Shown: positions 50,692 through 59,981 of the stretch, piece after piece | How positions within the stretch are numbered: the stretch's first letter is position 1 | Layout: the number at the start of each line of letters is the position of its first letter | Source: an uncultured Thermoproteaceae archaeon | Lineage (GTDB): Archaea; Thermoproteota; Thermoprotei; Thermoproteales; Thermocladiaceae | NCBI GenBank assembly: GCA_964575955.1 | Contig: CAZNTG010000009.1 | Span: 82,404 to 146,403, forward strand | Length of the DNA stretch: 64,000 nt | Direction of reading: 5' to 3' | The notes under the pieces: generated by a model | Told to the model about the DNA's origin: nothing | The model's input: only the letters and a program-made list of their open reading frames with translations | The model's database searches: none | Translations under genes and position numbers: made by a program

Positions 50692-51632
50692 TGAAAATAC
50701 ATGTATCAAACTCAAAGATAGACAATATATTAAAAAACATAGAGATAAATTCAGAAATTGAAGTTAAAAATATTGAAGACTACATAATACTACATAGATT
50801 TGAGAAAATATTGAAATATGTAAAAATAAAATACTATCCAAAAGATAGAATTGAAGAATATGTAATAAGCATGTTAAATATAGAAGATATTGAGGAATAT
50901 AAGAAGATTAGAAAAATAGTAGCAGAAAATGCAGATATAGACATAAAATTAATGCTTAGAATAATACCATGGAAAGACGCATTCAAAATACTACAGGAAA
51001 AGTATAGAACAACTAGTGAAAATATTGAAAATTTAATACAAACATCATGGATGTTAACTAGATACCACATGCATACATATGCTAGAAGTATACTAGAAAA
51101 CTACATAATAGATAAGGTTAGAGATAGTTTAGACATATTGAAAATAGTTGCATTAATACTATTTGGAATTTTAGATATTAGAAAAATACCATACAACTCA
51201 ATATCAGTAAAAAGTAATGACATATTCAAATACTTCAACTGGACAATACTACAAATAGATAACAACAACATAATAACAATATTCAAAGCATGTGATAGAG
51301 AATATGTACTATCAAATCAATCAATAATATCAGAACAAGCAAGAATCACAATACCAGAAGAATGTAAAATAATACAAAAAGAAGAACATAAAATACTAAT
51401 AAAAAATAAAGTAGAAAAAATACTAATATGTGCAACAACAGACAAAGAAAAACAAGAACTAGACATAGAATATGAAAAAATAAACATAAAAGGACCAGAC
51501 CTAGACTATGAAGACAATAACAACAAAATAAAAATAACAATACCACAAAACACACTATACATAATAAGAGGAAAATTCAAAACAAATGATGAAAAACAAA
51601 AACAGAAAGATGAAGAAGAGCTGACGAACTGA
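50691..51632 (+). CDS. Hypothetical protein
   Basis: 313-aa ORF coupled to the previous gene; very A-rich 3' half. Confidence 0.55.
   Translation: MKIHVSNSKIDNILKNIEINSEIEVKNIEDYIILHRFEKILKYVKIKYYPKDRIEEYVISMLNIEDIEEYKKIRKIVAENADIDIKLMLRIIPWKDAFKILQEKYRTTSENIENLIQTSWMLTRYHMHTYARSILENYIIDKVRDSLDILKIVALILFGILDIRKIPYNSISVKSNDIFKYFNWTILQIDNNNIITIFKACDREYVLSNQSIISEQARITIPEECKIIQKEEHKILIKNKVEKILICATTDKEKQELDIEYEKINIKGPDLDYEDNNNKIKITIPQNTLYIIRGKFKTNDEKQKQKDEEELTN
51586..51632 (+). ncRNA. C/D-box guide sRNA nested in the 3' end of a CDS
   Basis: ATGATGA-aaaacaaaaa-CAGA-aag-ATGAAGA-agagctgacgaa-CTGA; the D-box TGA is the ORF stop. Confidence 0.7.
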
Positions 51633-51635
51633 TTA

Positions 51636-52988
51636 TCATTTACTATCTTTTCTACTAATATCTGTATATTTATTTGAGAATTCTATTAACATATTTTTGA
51701 GCAAATCCTCTATGTTGTTATCAACATTTATTTTTACTTCCATAGATGAAACCTCACGTACAATTGGATTTACAAGTCCGCAATGTGCAAGTATGTTTCT
51801 ATATGCTTTCTCTTTGTCTACTTTAGCTTGTTCTACAATATCTACAACTTCCTCTCTTGAAGTAGTGCTTCTTGTGTATGATTGAGTTTTAGCTTTCTTT
51901 ATTTTCTCTATCTCGACCATGCATATGCTATATACATTCTCGTCCAATATACCTGATGAATATAAGTCCTCTAGTATAGACTCAACTTTAGAGAATTTTA
52001 GATTCTGGCCAGGTTTTCCAGTCTTATAATTCACTTTCTCATAAGCTTGCAGTATCTTTACAAATATTGCTAAATCATACATTAAGTATAGTAGAGCCTC
52101 TCTATTATGGCTACATTTGAATGTATACCTGATAGTGTTATTATACAACTTCCTTCTTTCATCTGTAACTTTTATCTCATTATTAATTATGTTTTCTACT
52201 ATAGATCTTAGTTTTTCTGTTATATTTTCATAAGAATTTAATATTTTGTAAATGTAGTACCATCCTAGAGTAATTATTCCCCTTCTATAATATTCGGCTG
52301 AGAGTGTGACATATTCTAAAATTTTTGAAGAATCTTCATCTATAATACTATTATCTTTAAGATTATGAATTATATTCATTATCTCGCCTATATCAGTATT
52401 CAGTTTAGATCTAACACGTTCAATATTAATTTCCGTAATTCTCAATATAGGGAACTCTAACTCTTTATCTTGAATCTTCTCAGTATCTTCTCCACATCTA
52501 GGCAGCTTTTTCTCACCTCCAATAAATGGTTCAGTTATGAATATTCTCATTTTAAGCATAGATCCTATAAGTGCTATTGCATACATCGATAATGTGGGGA
52601 GAACATTCCATCCATGAGTTAAATCAACAACAACTTCATTACCCCTGAGATACTCTCTTAAAGAGAGTGCGATAACAGCAGTGGGAATAGCGAGCAAGTC
52701 GCCCTCATATCGAATTCCAGAGATACTACCAACAGCTTCAACTTTTAAGATATCTGGACATACATTTAAAGCACGTTCAACTTCACGTATTAGACAAGTA
52801 ATGTCATCATCAGGAACACTATCTGGAACAACTAATGTAAGATGCACCTTGCATCCTCTATCACTCAAAAATTTTGCAAGAGCAACGAAAGAAGCACATG
52901 AGAGGTAAGTAGAATCATCTTTATAATACTTAACATAACTCCAATTCCGAGGATTACCAATAGGAGCAATAATAGATATACAACACAC
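51636..52988 (-). CDS. csx1: Csx1-like CARF-HEPN ribonuclease (orphan)
   Basis: APIGNP..W..V.Y N-terminus, VPDS, VDLTHGWN (DxTHG), C-terminal RNILAHCG (R-X4-H HEPN). Confidence 0.85.
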   Translation of the reverse strand: MCCISIIAPIGNPRNWSYVKYYKDDSTYLSCASFVALAKFLSDRGCKVHLTLVVPDSVPDDDITCLIREVERALNVCPDILKVEAVGSISGIRYEGDLLAIPTAVIALSLREYLRGNEVVVDLTHGWNVLPTLSMYAIALIGSMLKMRIFITEPFIGGEKKLPRCGEDTEKIQDKELEFPILRITEINIERVRSKLNTDIGEIMNIIHNLKDNSIIDEDSSKILEYVTLSAEYYRRGIITLGWYYIYKILNSYENITEKLRSIVENIINNEIKVTDERRKLYNNTIRYTFKCSHNREALLYLMYDLAIFVKILQAYEKVNYKTGKPGQNLKFSKVESILEDLYSSGILDENVYSICMVEIEKIKKAKTQSYTRSTTSREEVVDIVEQAKVDKEKAYRNILAHCGLVNPIVREVSSMEVKINVDNNIEDLLKNMLIEFSNKYTDISRKDSK

Positions 52989-53101
52989 AATAACTCAGTA
53001 ATATGCAACCTTATACGACTATCTTCACATACATCAGTATAAATAATGAAGAAACATGAAACATAGAAAAAACTAGTGAGAAATTAGAATGTCTATTGTC
53101 T

Positions 53102-53128
53102 GGGTGTTTCCAAAAATTGGAAACACCC
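53102..53128. promoter_or_regulatory. Perfect inverted repeat upstream of csx1 (operator or hairpin)
   Basis: GGGTGTTTCCAA-aaa-TTGGAAACACCC; 12-bp perfect arms. Confidence 0.55.
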
Positions 53129-53263
53129 TTAATCATCAAAAAGGTCAGGAATTGCCGAGCGTTTTTCTATACCTTTCAATTGTGTATGGCTTGATTTAGA
53201 ATTTTTTTGACTATGTTGTCTAGGTTTGTTCTTTCCTTATTTTTGTAGTTTGTTGTTTATTTT

Positions 53264-53584
53264 TTATGGTGGTTCTTCTTCGTTTTCTTCTTCATCATCC
53301 TGCATTTGTAGTATTTGTAGTATTTTTTGTCCTAATCTTGTTATTGTGTTATATATGCATATTATGTTTTCATATATTGGGTGTGGTGCTTCATATCTGT
53401 TTATTAGTCCTAGTTTTTCTGCTAATTTTAATGTTTGATGTCCATAACCCCACGATCTTAACCATCTCAAAACCTCACGAGTATAAGGATCTCTTCCTGT
53501 TTTTGTTGTAAATTCTGCAATAGTTTTTAATAGTCTTAATAGCATGCAGCTTCTCTTCCTAAATTTGTTAAACCAATTTTTCAT
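53264..53584 (-). CDS. Small winged-helix DNA-binding protein with acidic tail
   Basis: LAEKLGLI.R...ITRLGQKIL wing motif; DDEEENEEE tail. Confidence 0.65.
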   Translation of the reverse strand: MKNWFNKFRKRSCMLLRLLKTIAEFTTKTGRDPYTREVLRWLRSWGYGHQTLKLAEKLGLINRYEAPHPIYENIICIYNTITRLGQKILQILQMQDDEEENEEEPP

Positions 53585-53665
53585 AGGTGTATCTATCCTA
53601 TCTAACTTATAAGCCTTTTGGAGTTCTTATCTGTCTGGTGCTATTTTTAGTTTTCTAGAGTGAAA

Positions 53666-54274
53666 CTATTTTTCTAGAAGTATACATATAAATCCACAAT
53701 CTTTAGGATTTATGCATAGTGTCTTTCCTGTATGTATATGTTTTAGATTAATTTTCTCTGCAATATCTACAATATCTTTCTCAGTGTAGAATTTTGCATA
53801 TTTGTAGAATATTGATTCACCTCTAACTTTCTTTTCTTCATACATCTTTCCTAGATATGAATCTTTTGGAATTATACATATTAGTATTTTTCCTCTTTCT
53901 TTTAGACATCTATAACATTCTTCTAAAACTATCTTTGGATTATCTATGAAGCATATTGTTACTATTATTAGTATGTAGTTTAGTGATTTATCTTTTATTG
54001 GTAATTTCTCTCCTATGCAATGTATAACTTCTATATTTCTATACTTCTTACAAAATTTACACATTTCAAAAGATATATCTATACCAATGCAGTCTTTGAA
54101 TAGTCTTGTGAAGTAGCATGTTCCTGAACCAATTTCAATTCCAATACCTTTAAGGTTGAATGATTTTATTAGAAATTCTTCACACTTGGCTTTATCTAAA
54201 TTCTTTATATACCAACTTTCATATCTTTCAACATTTTTATCGAATATTTCTGCTATACCTCTATACTTATCCAC
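53666..54274 (-). CDS. Class I SAM-dependent methyltransferase
   Basis: EIGSGT, GIDIS, GEKLP, VTICFIDNP. Confidence 0.88.
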   Translation of the reverse strand: MDKYRGIAEIFDKNVERYESWYIKNLDKAKCEEFLIKSFNLKGIGIEIGSGTCYFTRLFKDCIGIDISFEMCKFCKKYRNIEVIHCIGEKLPIKDKSLNYILIIVTICFIDNPKIVLEECYRCLKERGKILICIIPKDSYLGKMYEEKKVRGESIFYKYAKFYTEKDIVDIAEKINLKHIHTGKTLCINPKDCGFICILLEK

Positions 54275-54309
54275 ACTTATCAGAACTCTACTCTTGATTT
54301 GAGGATTTT

Positions 54310-54359
54310 TCAGTCTACCTGTCGTTCTTCATCTATTCTGTCAGCGACCTCTTCATCAT
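54310..54359 (-). ncRNA. C/D-box guide sRNA overlapping the stop of the glutamate synthase-like gene
   Basis: ATGATGA-agaggtcgctga-CAGA-atag-ATGAAGA-acgacaggtaga-CTGA. Confidence 0.85.
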
Positions 54360-55738
54360 ATGTCTTGTTGTGGTAGTTCGAATGCCCATTTTATTTCTAA
54401 TGCTCTTGCAATATTTATGTCTAGTGATGCAACATCTTCACTATCTACTTCATGTATATCGTATTTTCCTAATGCTGATATTAGCATCTGTGTCTCTACT
54501 TTAACACTTTCTAGATAGTTTATTACACCTTCAACACCTTTTACAAGTGCTGCTATTACTAGTGGTCTACCTATGTATATTCCTGATGCTCCAAGTGCTA
54601 TTGATTTTACAACATGCGAACCATCGTATAGTCTACCTGCAGGTAGTAGTGATAACTTTCTATCTATTCCTAACAATCTTGCTCTTCTAATATATGTAAG
54701 TGCTACAAGTGTTGGATATCCTAGATGTTGCATTGCTACACATGGTGCCATTGCCGTTCCACCTTCTTTACCATCAATAACTACAGCATGTGCACCTTCT
54801 TCATAAGCTATCTTTATAACCTTCATAGCATCTTTAAATGGTCCAAGTTTTATCCAAATCTTGACTCTTGGATAGTTTGTCCTCATGTTACGTATCATTC
54901 CTCTTAAAATTTCTTCAGTATATGTTCCAGGTACACTATACCTAGTTACATACTTCTCCTTTCCTGTATCTTCAATAAGGTACTTCTGTTTAAGTCTCTC
55001 AACCTGTTCTCTAGGTATCTTAATTATACCTCCAATTCCAGGCTTTGCACCTTGACCAATCTTAATTTCAAATCCAATCTTTCCCTCATCTAGGTATGGT
55101 TCAACATCTTTATCACTATATACTCTATTCCAAAGTTCATCATATGCATCTTCAACACTTTGTTGAATAATTACACCACCATACTTGTCAATATTTGTTA
55201 AATATGTCATTAATCTATCTTTAAAACATGGATGACCTCTAGTTAATCTCTTTGAATATCCTCTAACTGTTGCAACATTTTCACCAATACCGTAGATTAT
55301 TCCCATTTTCGCACATGCTTTAGCAATTGTTAGAGATGTCTTACTTGCAATTGCTGTACTACCCATAGTTCCTGCAACTATTGGCATAGAGACTTTGAAA
55401 CCACCAATCTCACATTCAAGATTCACATCTTCAAATGTTGGTTCTCTAAGTAGGTCAACCATCTTCTCAAGTCTTTTTGGTGTAAATGCTGGTGGTAGTA
55501 GAATTATTGTGTTGTCAAGATTTGGAAATCTTGGATATCGCTGTAATGATACTGTTGATCCAAGTATTGCAGTTCCATATTCCATAAATGTTCCAAATGG
55601 GTAGATTGCATCTCTACCTTTCAATGCTCTTCTAGCAATTTCAGCAATTGGATAATCTTTTACAAACTCTTTAACACCTGTTAATAGTCTAATCTTTCCA
55701 AGAAGTCTAAGATGAAGACCTACAAGTTTAAACAACAT
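54356..55738 (-). CDS. Stand-alone FMN-binding glutamate synthase-family protein
   Basis: EIKIGQGAKPGIGG, IDGKEGGT, AGRL, KSIALGA. Confidence 0.88.
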   Translation of the reverse strand: MLFKLVGLHLRLLGKIRLLTGVKEFVKDYPIAEIARRALKGRDAIYPFGTFMEYGTAILGSTVSLQRYPRFPNLDNTIILLPPAFTPKRLEKMVDLLREPTFEDVNLECEIGGFKVSMPIVAGTMGSTAIASKTSLTIAKACAKMGIIYGIGENVATVRGYSKRLTRGHPCFKDRLMTYLTNIDKYGGVIIQQSVEDAYDELWNRVYSDKDVEPYLDEGKIGFEIKIGQGAKPGIGGIIKIPREQVERLKQKYLIEDTGKEKYVTRYSVPGTYTEEILRGMIRNMRTNYPRVKIWIKLGPFKDAMKVIKIAYEEGAHAVVIDGKEGGTAMAPCVAMQHLGYPTLVALTYIRRARLLGIDRKLSLLPAGRLYDGSHVVKSIALGASGIYIGRPLVIAALVKGVEGVINYLESVKVETQMLISALGKYDIHEVDSEDVASLDINIARALEIKWAFELPQQDI

Positions 55739-55744
55739 TTTAGA

Positions 55745-56794
55745 TCACGGTGTTGGTGCAATACCCGCAACCTTAGGATATGGTCTTGCTTCCCATACAG
55801 CTCTTAGACCACATATATATCTTGTAAGTCTCTCAACACCAATACCAAAGCCAGCAGTCTTCAATGGATACAACTCTTTCAACATCTCTAAATACCACCT
55901 ATACTTATTTGGATCTTCACCTGTCTCTCTCATCCTCTGAATAACCTTAGCTGGCTCATACTCACGCTCAGCTCCAGATATGGCTTCACCAAAACCTTCA
56001 GGATATAGCATGTCGAAGTCTAGCAATATTCCTGGTCTTGCAGGATCTTCTCTATCGTAGAATCCTCTAGCACCTCTTGGGTATTCTGTAACAAATATTG
56101 GTGTATCATGATGTGTTGATAGTATCTTCTCACATTCCCAAGGTATCTCAGTACCATACTCAAATTTACAGTTAAGTTCTGTACATAGTATCTTATGTGC
56201 TTCCTTATATGTATATTTTGGAAATGGTGGTTTAAAATCTGGTAAATATCTATTTAAAACATTCTCAAGTTCTTTACCATGAACATCTTTTACATATTTA
56301 ACAACATAGCAGAATAGTTCTTCAGCAACTTTCATAGCATCATGATAAGTTGCATTATACATCTCTAGATCAACTTGAAAGAACTCTACAAGATGCCTAC
56401 CAGTGTATATACTGTCTAGAGGTTCAAGTCTAATATTTGGACTTACAAAATATATCTTACCGAGAGAAGCTGCCATATACTGCTTATACAGTATAGCACT
56501 ACTCATAACTTTATACTCATGACCATAGAAGTCTATTGTTACCTGTTTTGCACCTCTAATGCCTGGATCTGTTACAGGACCTATAATTGGTGGTAAAACT
56601 TCTACAAAACCCATAGAATCTAACTTTTCACGAATAGCATGTAATATTGAGGCTTGTATTTTAAAGACAAGCTTATACTTCTCATCTCTAGCCCATCTCC
56701 ACGAATATCTCAACCACTCTGTTAAAAACTTCTTATACTTCTCACGATCAACAATCATCTCTTCAAACTCTTTAACAGCTCTATGAAGTGGCAT
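55745..56794 (-). CDS. asnA: Archaeal ammonia-dependent asparagine synthetase A (AsnRS catalytic-core paralogue)
   Basis: No anticodon OB domain; PVTDPGIRGA, SPNIRLE, RHLVEF.Q.D.E, SGAEREYE, GFGIGVERL. Confidence 0.88.
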   Translation of the reverse strand: MPLHRAVKEFEEMIVDREKYKKFLTEWLRYSWRWARDEKYKLVFKIQASILHAIREKLDSMGFVEVLPPIIGPVTDPGIRGAKQVTIDFYGHEYKVMSSAILYKQYMAASLGKIYFVSPNIRLEPLDSIYTGRHLVEFFQVDLEMYNATYHDAMKVAEELFCYVVKYVKDVHGKELENVLNRYLPDFKPPFPKYTYKEAHKILCTELNCKFEYGTEIPWECEKILSTHHDTPIFVTEYPRGARGFYDREDPARPGILLDFDMLYPEGFGEAISGAEREYEPAKVIQRMRETGEDPNKYRWYLEMLKELYPLKTAGFGIGVERLTRYICGLRAVWEARPYPKVAGIAPTP

Positions 56795-56945
56795 CGAGAG
56801 TTCACGTAAAATAATCTATTTATTAAGCTTGCTGATACATAATAGACACATTGTCACTAGCTTCACGTTATGGATAGTTATATTGTCAATATTTTGAAAT
56901 CAGGATTAACATTTTGTAAAATGTTTAAGATATACAATCGTCATT

Positions 56946-58109
56946 CTACATTTTTAAACTATAATCTTTATACACTCTCCACCACATCTCAATATTTTTC
57001 ACCTCCTCTAAAGTTAGTTTATCAGTACTGATATATCCACACCTCATTGCGTGATCTACAAGTACTATAGCCATCATAGCTTCTACAACAGGTACTGCAC
57101 GTATAGCTATACATGGATCATGTCTACCAACTACTCTAATAGTAACCTCTTTCATACTTCTCAAATCTACAGTTCTAATTTCTCTACATATTGATGATGT
57201 TGGTTTAAAATATACTCTAGCAATTATTGGTTCTCCAGTACTTATACCACCAACAATACCTCCCTGAACATTTCTCTCATATCTAACAAGTCCATCTCTA
57301 ATTACTAATGCATCATTTGCATCACTTCCAAACATTTCTGAAAGTTTTATACCATATCCAAATTCTACAGCAACACTTCCTGGAATACTCATAAATGCCT
57401 TTGCTAAGTCAGCTTTCAATTTATCGAATATTGGATCACCAAGACCTGGAGGTACATTATATGCAACTACTTCAACACAACCACCAACACTATCACAATT
57501 CTTCTTAACATATTCTAAAATTTCTATAACATTTTTCTCAAACTTATCATCAAAACATTTTACAGGTGATAATCTTGCTCTTAATGCTTCATACATATCT
57601 ACAGGATCTCTATCAAGCTTAATCTTCCCTATAGATCTTAAATATGCAACAACTATAATACCTAGGGAGCATAGTAGTTTTTTAGCTATAGCACCTGCAG
57701 CAACTCTAGCAACAGTCTCTCTACCACTCACATGACCACCACCTCTATAATCCCATGAGTCAAATCCATACTTCCTAATCATCTGCAGATCTGCATGTCC
57801 AGGTCTTGGAGTATATTTCAACTCTTCATAAGGTCTAGAATCCACATCTCTATTCTCAATAATTATAGCTATTGGAGATCCAGTTGTTCTACCATTAAAC
57901 ACACCACTAATAATTTCAGGATAGTCAACCTCTCTTCTAGAAGTTGCATATCTATGTCCAGGTCTTCTAAGTATCAATTCTTGATATATATCTTCACTAG
58001 ATATTGGTAGACCAGCAGGAACACCATCAACAACCACACCAATAGCTTTTCCATGAGATTCTCCAAATATTGTAATTTTAAACAATGTTCCAAAACTATT
58101 TCCAGCCAT
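56946..58109 (-). CDS. aroC: Chorismate synthase
   Basis: FGESHG, RPGHAD, RGGG..SGRET, GGISTG, GRHDPC. Confidence 0.97.
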   Translation of the reverse strand: MAGNSFGTLFKITIFGESHGKAIGVVVDGVPAGLPISSEDIYQELILRRPGHRYATSRREVDYPEIISGVFNGRTTGSPIAIIIENRDVDSRPYEELKYTPRPGHADLQMIRKYGFDSWDYRGGGHVSGRETVARVAAGAIAKKLLCSLGIIVVAYLRSIGKIKLDRDPVDMYEALRARLSPVKCFDDKFEKNVIEILEYVKKNCDSVGGCVEVVAYNVPPGLGDPIFDKLKADLAKAFMSIPGSVAVEFGYGIKLSEMFGSDANDALVIRDGLVRYERNVQGGIVGGISTGEPIIARVYFKPTSSICREIRTVDLRSMKEVTIRVVGRHDPCIAIRAVPVVEAMMAIVLVDHAMRCGYISTDKLTLEEVKNIEMWWRVYKDYSLKM

Positions 58110-58112
58110 ATG

Positions 58113-58454
58113 CTAATTCTTCAATAATTTTCTAATATGTTTAATCTTCTCATATAGTATTAATAATTTTGAAATTAGATCTCTAGCAACATCTTCAGGA
58201 ATATCTTCAACATCTATCCTATGGTTAGATATTAGAAGTGCAATACATAGATATGTTGCAAGTATATATTCTCTAGATTTTGAAATATCTTCAAATAAAT
58301 ACTTAACACATCTATCAACATCATCTCCATACAGTACACTTATCAAGTCTATCACATATTGTGAAAGTTTTTTCAATACCTGTCTTATAGACTCGTAGTT
58401 TGATAGTAAACTCTCAACTTCTCTATCTATCTTCTCAATACTTATATTAGTCAA
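58113..58454 (-). CDS. Hypothetical protein
   Basis: 113-aa ORF tightly packed between sui1 and aroC. Confidence 0.6.
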   Translation of the reverse strand: MTNISIEKIDREVESLLSNYESIRQVLKKLSQYVIDLISVLYGDDVDRCVKYLFEDISKSREYILATYLCIALLISNHRIDVEDIPEDVARDLISKLLILYEKIKHIRKLLKN

Positions 58455-58459
58455 CTCTA

Positions 58460-58816
58460 CTATCCTTCTCTAACACTCTCATCTATGAGTATATTATCTG
58501 GGTTAAATCCCATCTCTGCTAGTAATCTCTTAACTCTATACCTATGATCTCCCTGTAGTTCGATAACATTGTCATGTACTGTTCCTCCAGCTGCTAACTT
58601 TCTCTTCAACTCTTTTGCAATATTTTCAATATCTAGCTTCTTTGCATCAGCACCATCTATCTCTATCACTGTCACTATATGTCTTCTTCTTCTCTCAAGT
58701 CTAATTCTAACTATGGTCTGCTCTTTCACAAGTGTTGTCTCTATTGGAGCCTCTTCCTTACCTAGTAGAGATTCAAGTAGCTGATCTACGTCTACATTAT
58801 TAGGCTTCTCTCCCAC
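58460..58816 (-). CDS. sui1: Translation initiation factor aIF-1 (SUI1)
   Basis: LKRKLAAGGTV...IELQGDHR. Confidence 0.93.
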   Translation of the reverse strand: MGEKPNNVDVDQLLESLLGKEEAPIETTLVKEQTIVRIRLERRRRHIVTVIEIDGADAKKLDIENIAKELKRKLAAGGTVHDNVIELQGDHRYRVKRLLAEMGFNPDNILIDESVREG

Positions 58817-58889
58817 GAACTTAGATCCCCGTAATTAGACTATGTTTAAGGTGTTTTAAGCATTTCTAGATTCCTCATTGTAAAATCTA

Positions 58890-59504
58890 TCAACTATATT
58901 TTACAGAATCTTTATAAAATTTCAATTTTACATTACCCATAACAGCTACTAGATCTGTAATTGCTATAACGCTACTAGTAGTCTTATCTAGTAGATGTCC
59001 ATATCCAAGATCTAGAATACACTCATGCGGTACTACGACATCTATAACATCAATATGTTCATCAATACTCAACTCGGTACATATAGCCTTCAATTCTGGT
59101 ATAGCTATAACTTTTGGAAAATCCCAAAGATCATAAGGAATTTGAAATATTCTAAATCTACATCTAGCTAATGATTTTCTACCTGTAATTAAACTACCAA
59201 CACAGTAATATTCAAAATCACTAACCTTTATTAGAAATCCAACACAAATCTCTACAGGTGTAGGAATTTTCCTAGGTTCAATACTTATAGAAAATTTCAA
59301 TAATCTATCACCACTCTTAAGTAGGTATTCTCTATCAAGTTTAAATATTGTACACCATGGAACATTCTCAATAGGTATTAGATATCTACCATCAGGAAGT
59401 TTTCTAGCTTGTAAATGTCTTACTAGATCCATTGTAGATGCTTTATATAATCTCGTAAGATCTTCTAAAGATCCAAGTACTTTCTCTTCAATATTAGAAT
59501 ACAC
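58890..59504 (-). CDS. Hypothetical protein
   Basis: 204-aa ORF with native codon usage. Confidence 0.6.
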   Translation of the reverse strand: MYSNIEEKVLGSLEDLTRLYKASTMDLVRHLQARKLPDGRYLIPIENVPWCTIFKLDREYLLKSGDRLLKFSISIEPRKIPTPVEICVGFLIKVSDFEYYCVGSLITGRKSLARCRFRIFQIPYDLWDFPKVIAIPELKAICTELSIDEHIDVIDVVVPHECILDLGYGHLLDKTTSSVIAITDLVAVMGNVKLKFYKDSVKYS

Positions 59505-59534
59505 CTAATAAATCATATTTCTGAGCTTATAAAT

Positions 59535-59981
59535 ATGAAAGTTGTATGTGATACTGTCCATGCACGTGGTCATAGTATGATTACTGGTAAGCATAGGAAT
59601 ACTATAGAAATAACAAAAGATGAATATGTTACAGAGAGAGGTACGTGTATAATTGCATGTTCTTCAGATAAGGCTGTTAAAGATCTTAATAGTGAATTAA
59701 GAGAATTATTAAAAAATGATAATACTATAGTTATTGTGAAGATAATTACTAGAAATTTGTCAGATATTGTTATTTGTAGAGGTTCTAAAAATTTGAAACT
59801 TAGTAATGATAGAAAGATAATTATTAGAAGAAGTAGATATGTAGATGATTCAACTCTATGTATTGAAGCTAATAAAGCATCTATAGATATTGATAGAAAG
59901 ATTATAAGTATGTTATGTATGTGTGAAGAGGTTACAATTAAGATATGTGCTATAGATGTGAGTGATATTCTTAATATGTAA
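59535..59981 (+). CDS. DUF371 family protein
   Basis: GH..I.G.H..T.EITKD..VT.RGTCII, IIRRS.YVD..T..I.ANKA. Confidence 0.9.
   Translation: MKVVCDTVHARGHSMITGKHRNTIEITKDEYVTERGTCIIACSSDKAVKDLNSELRELLKNDNTIVIVKIITRNLSDIVICRGSKNLKLSNDRKIIIRRSRYVDDSTLCIEANKASIDIDRKIISMLCMCEEVTIKICAIDVSDILNM

Noticed and set aside
51636-53660. CRISPR array or cas operon near csx1
   Set aside because: No direct repeats or other cas genes were seen anywhere in the window.
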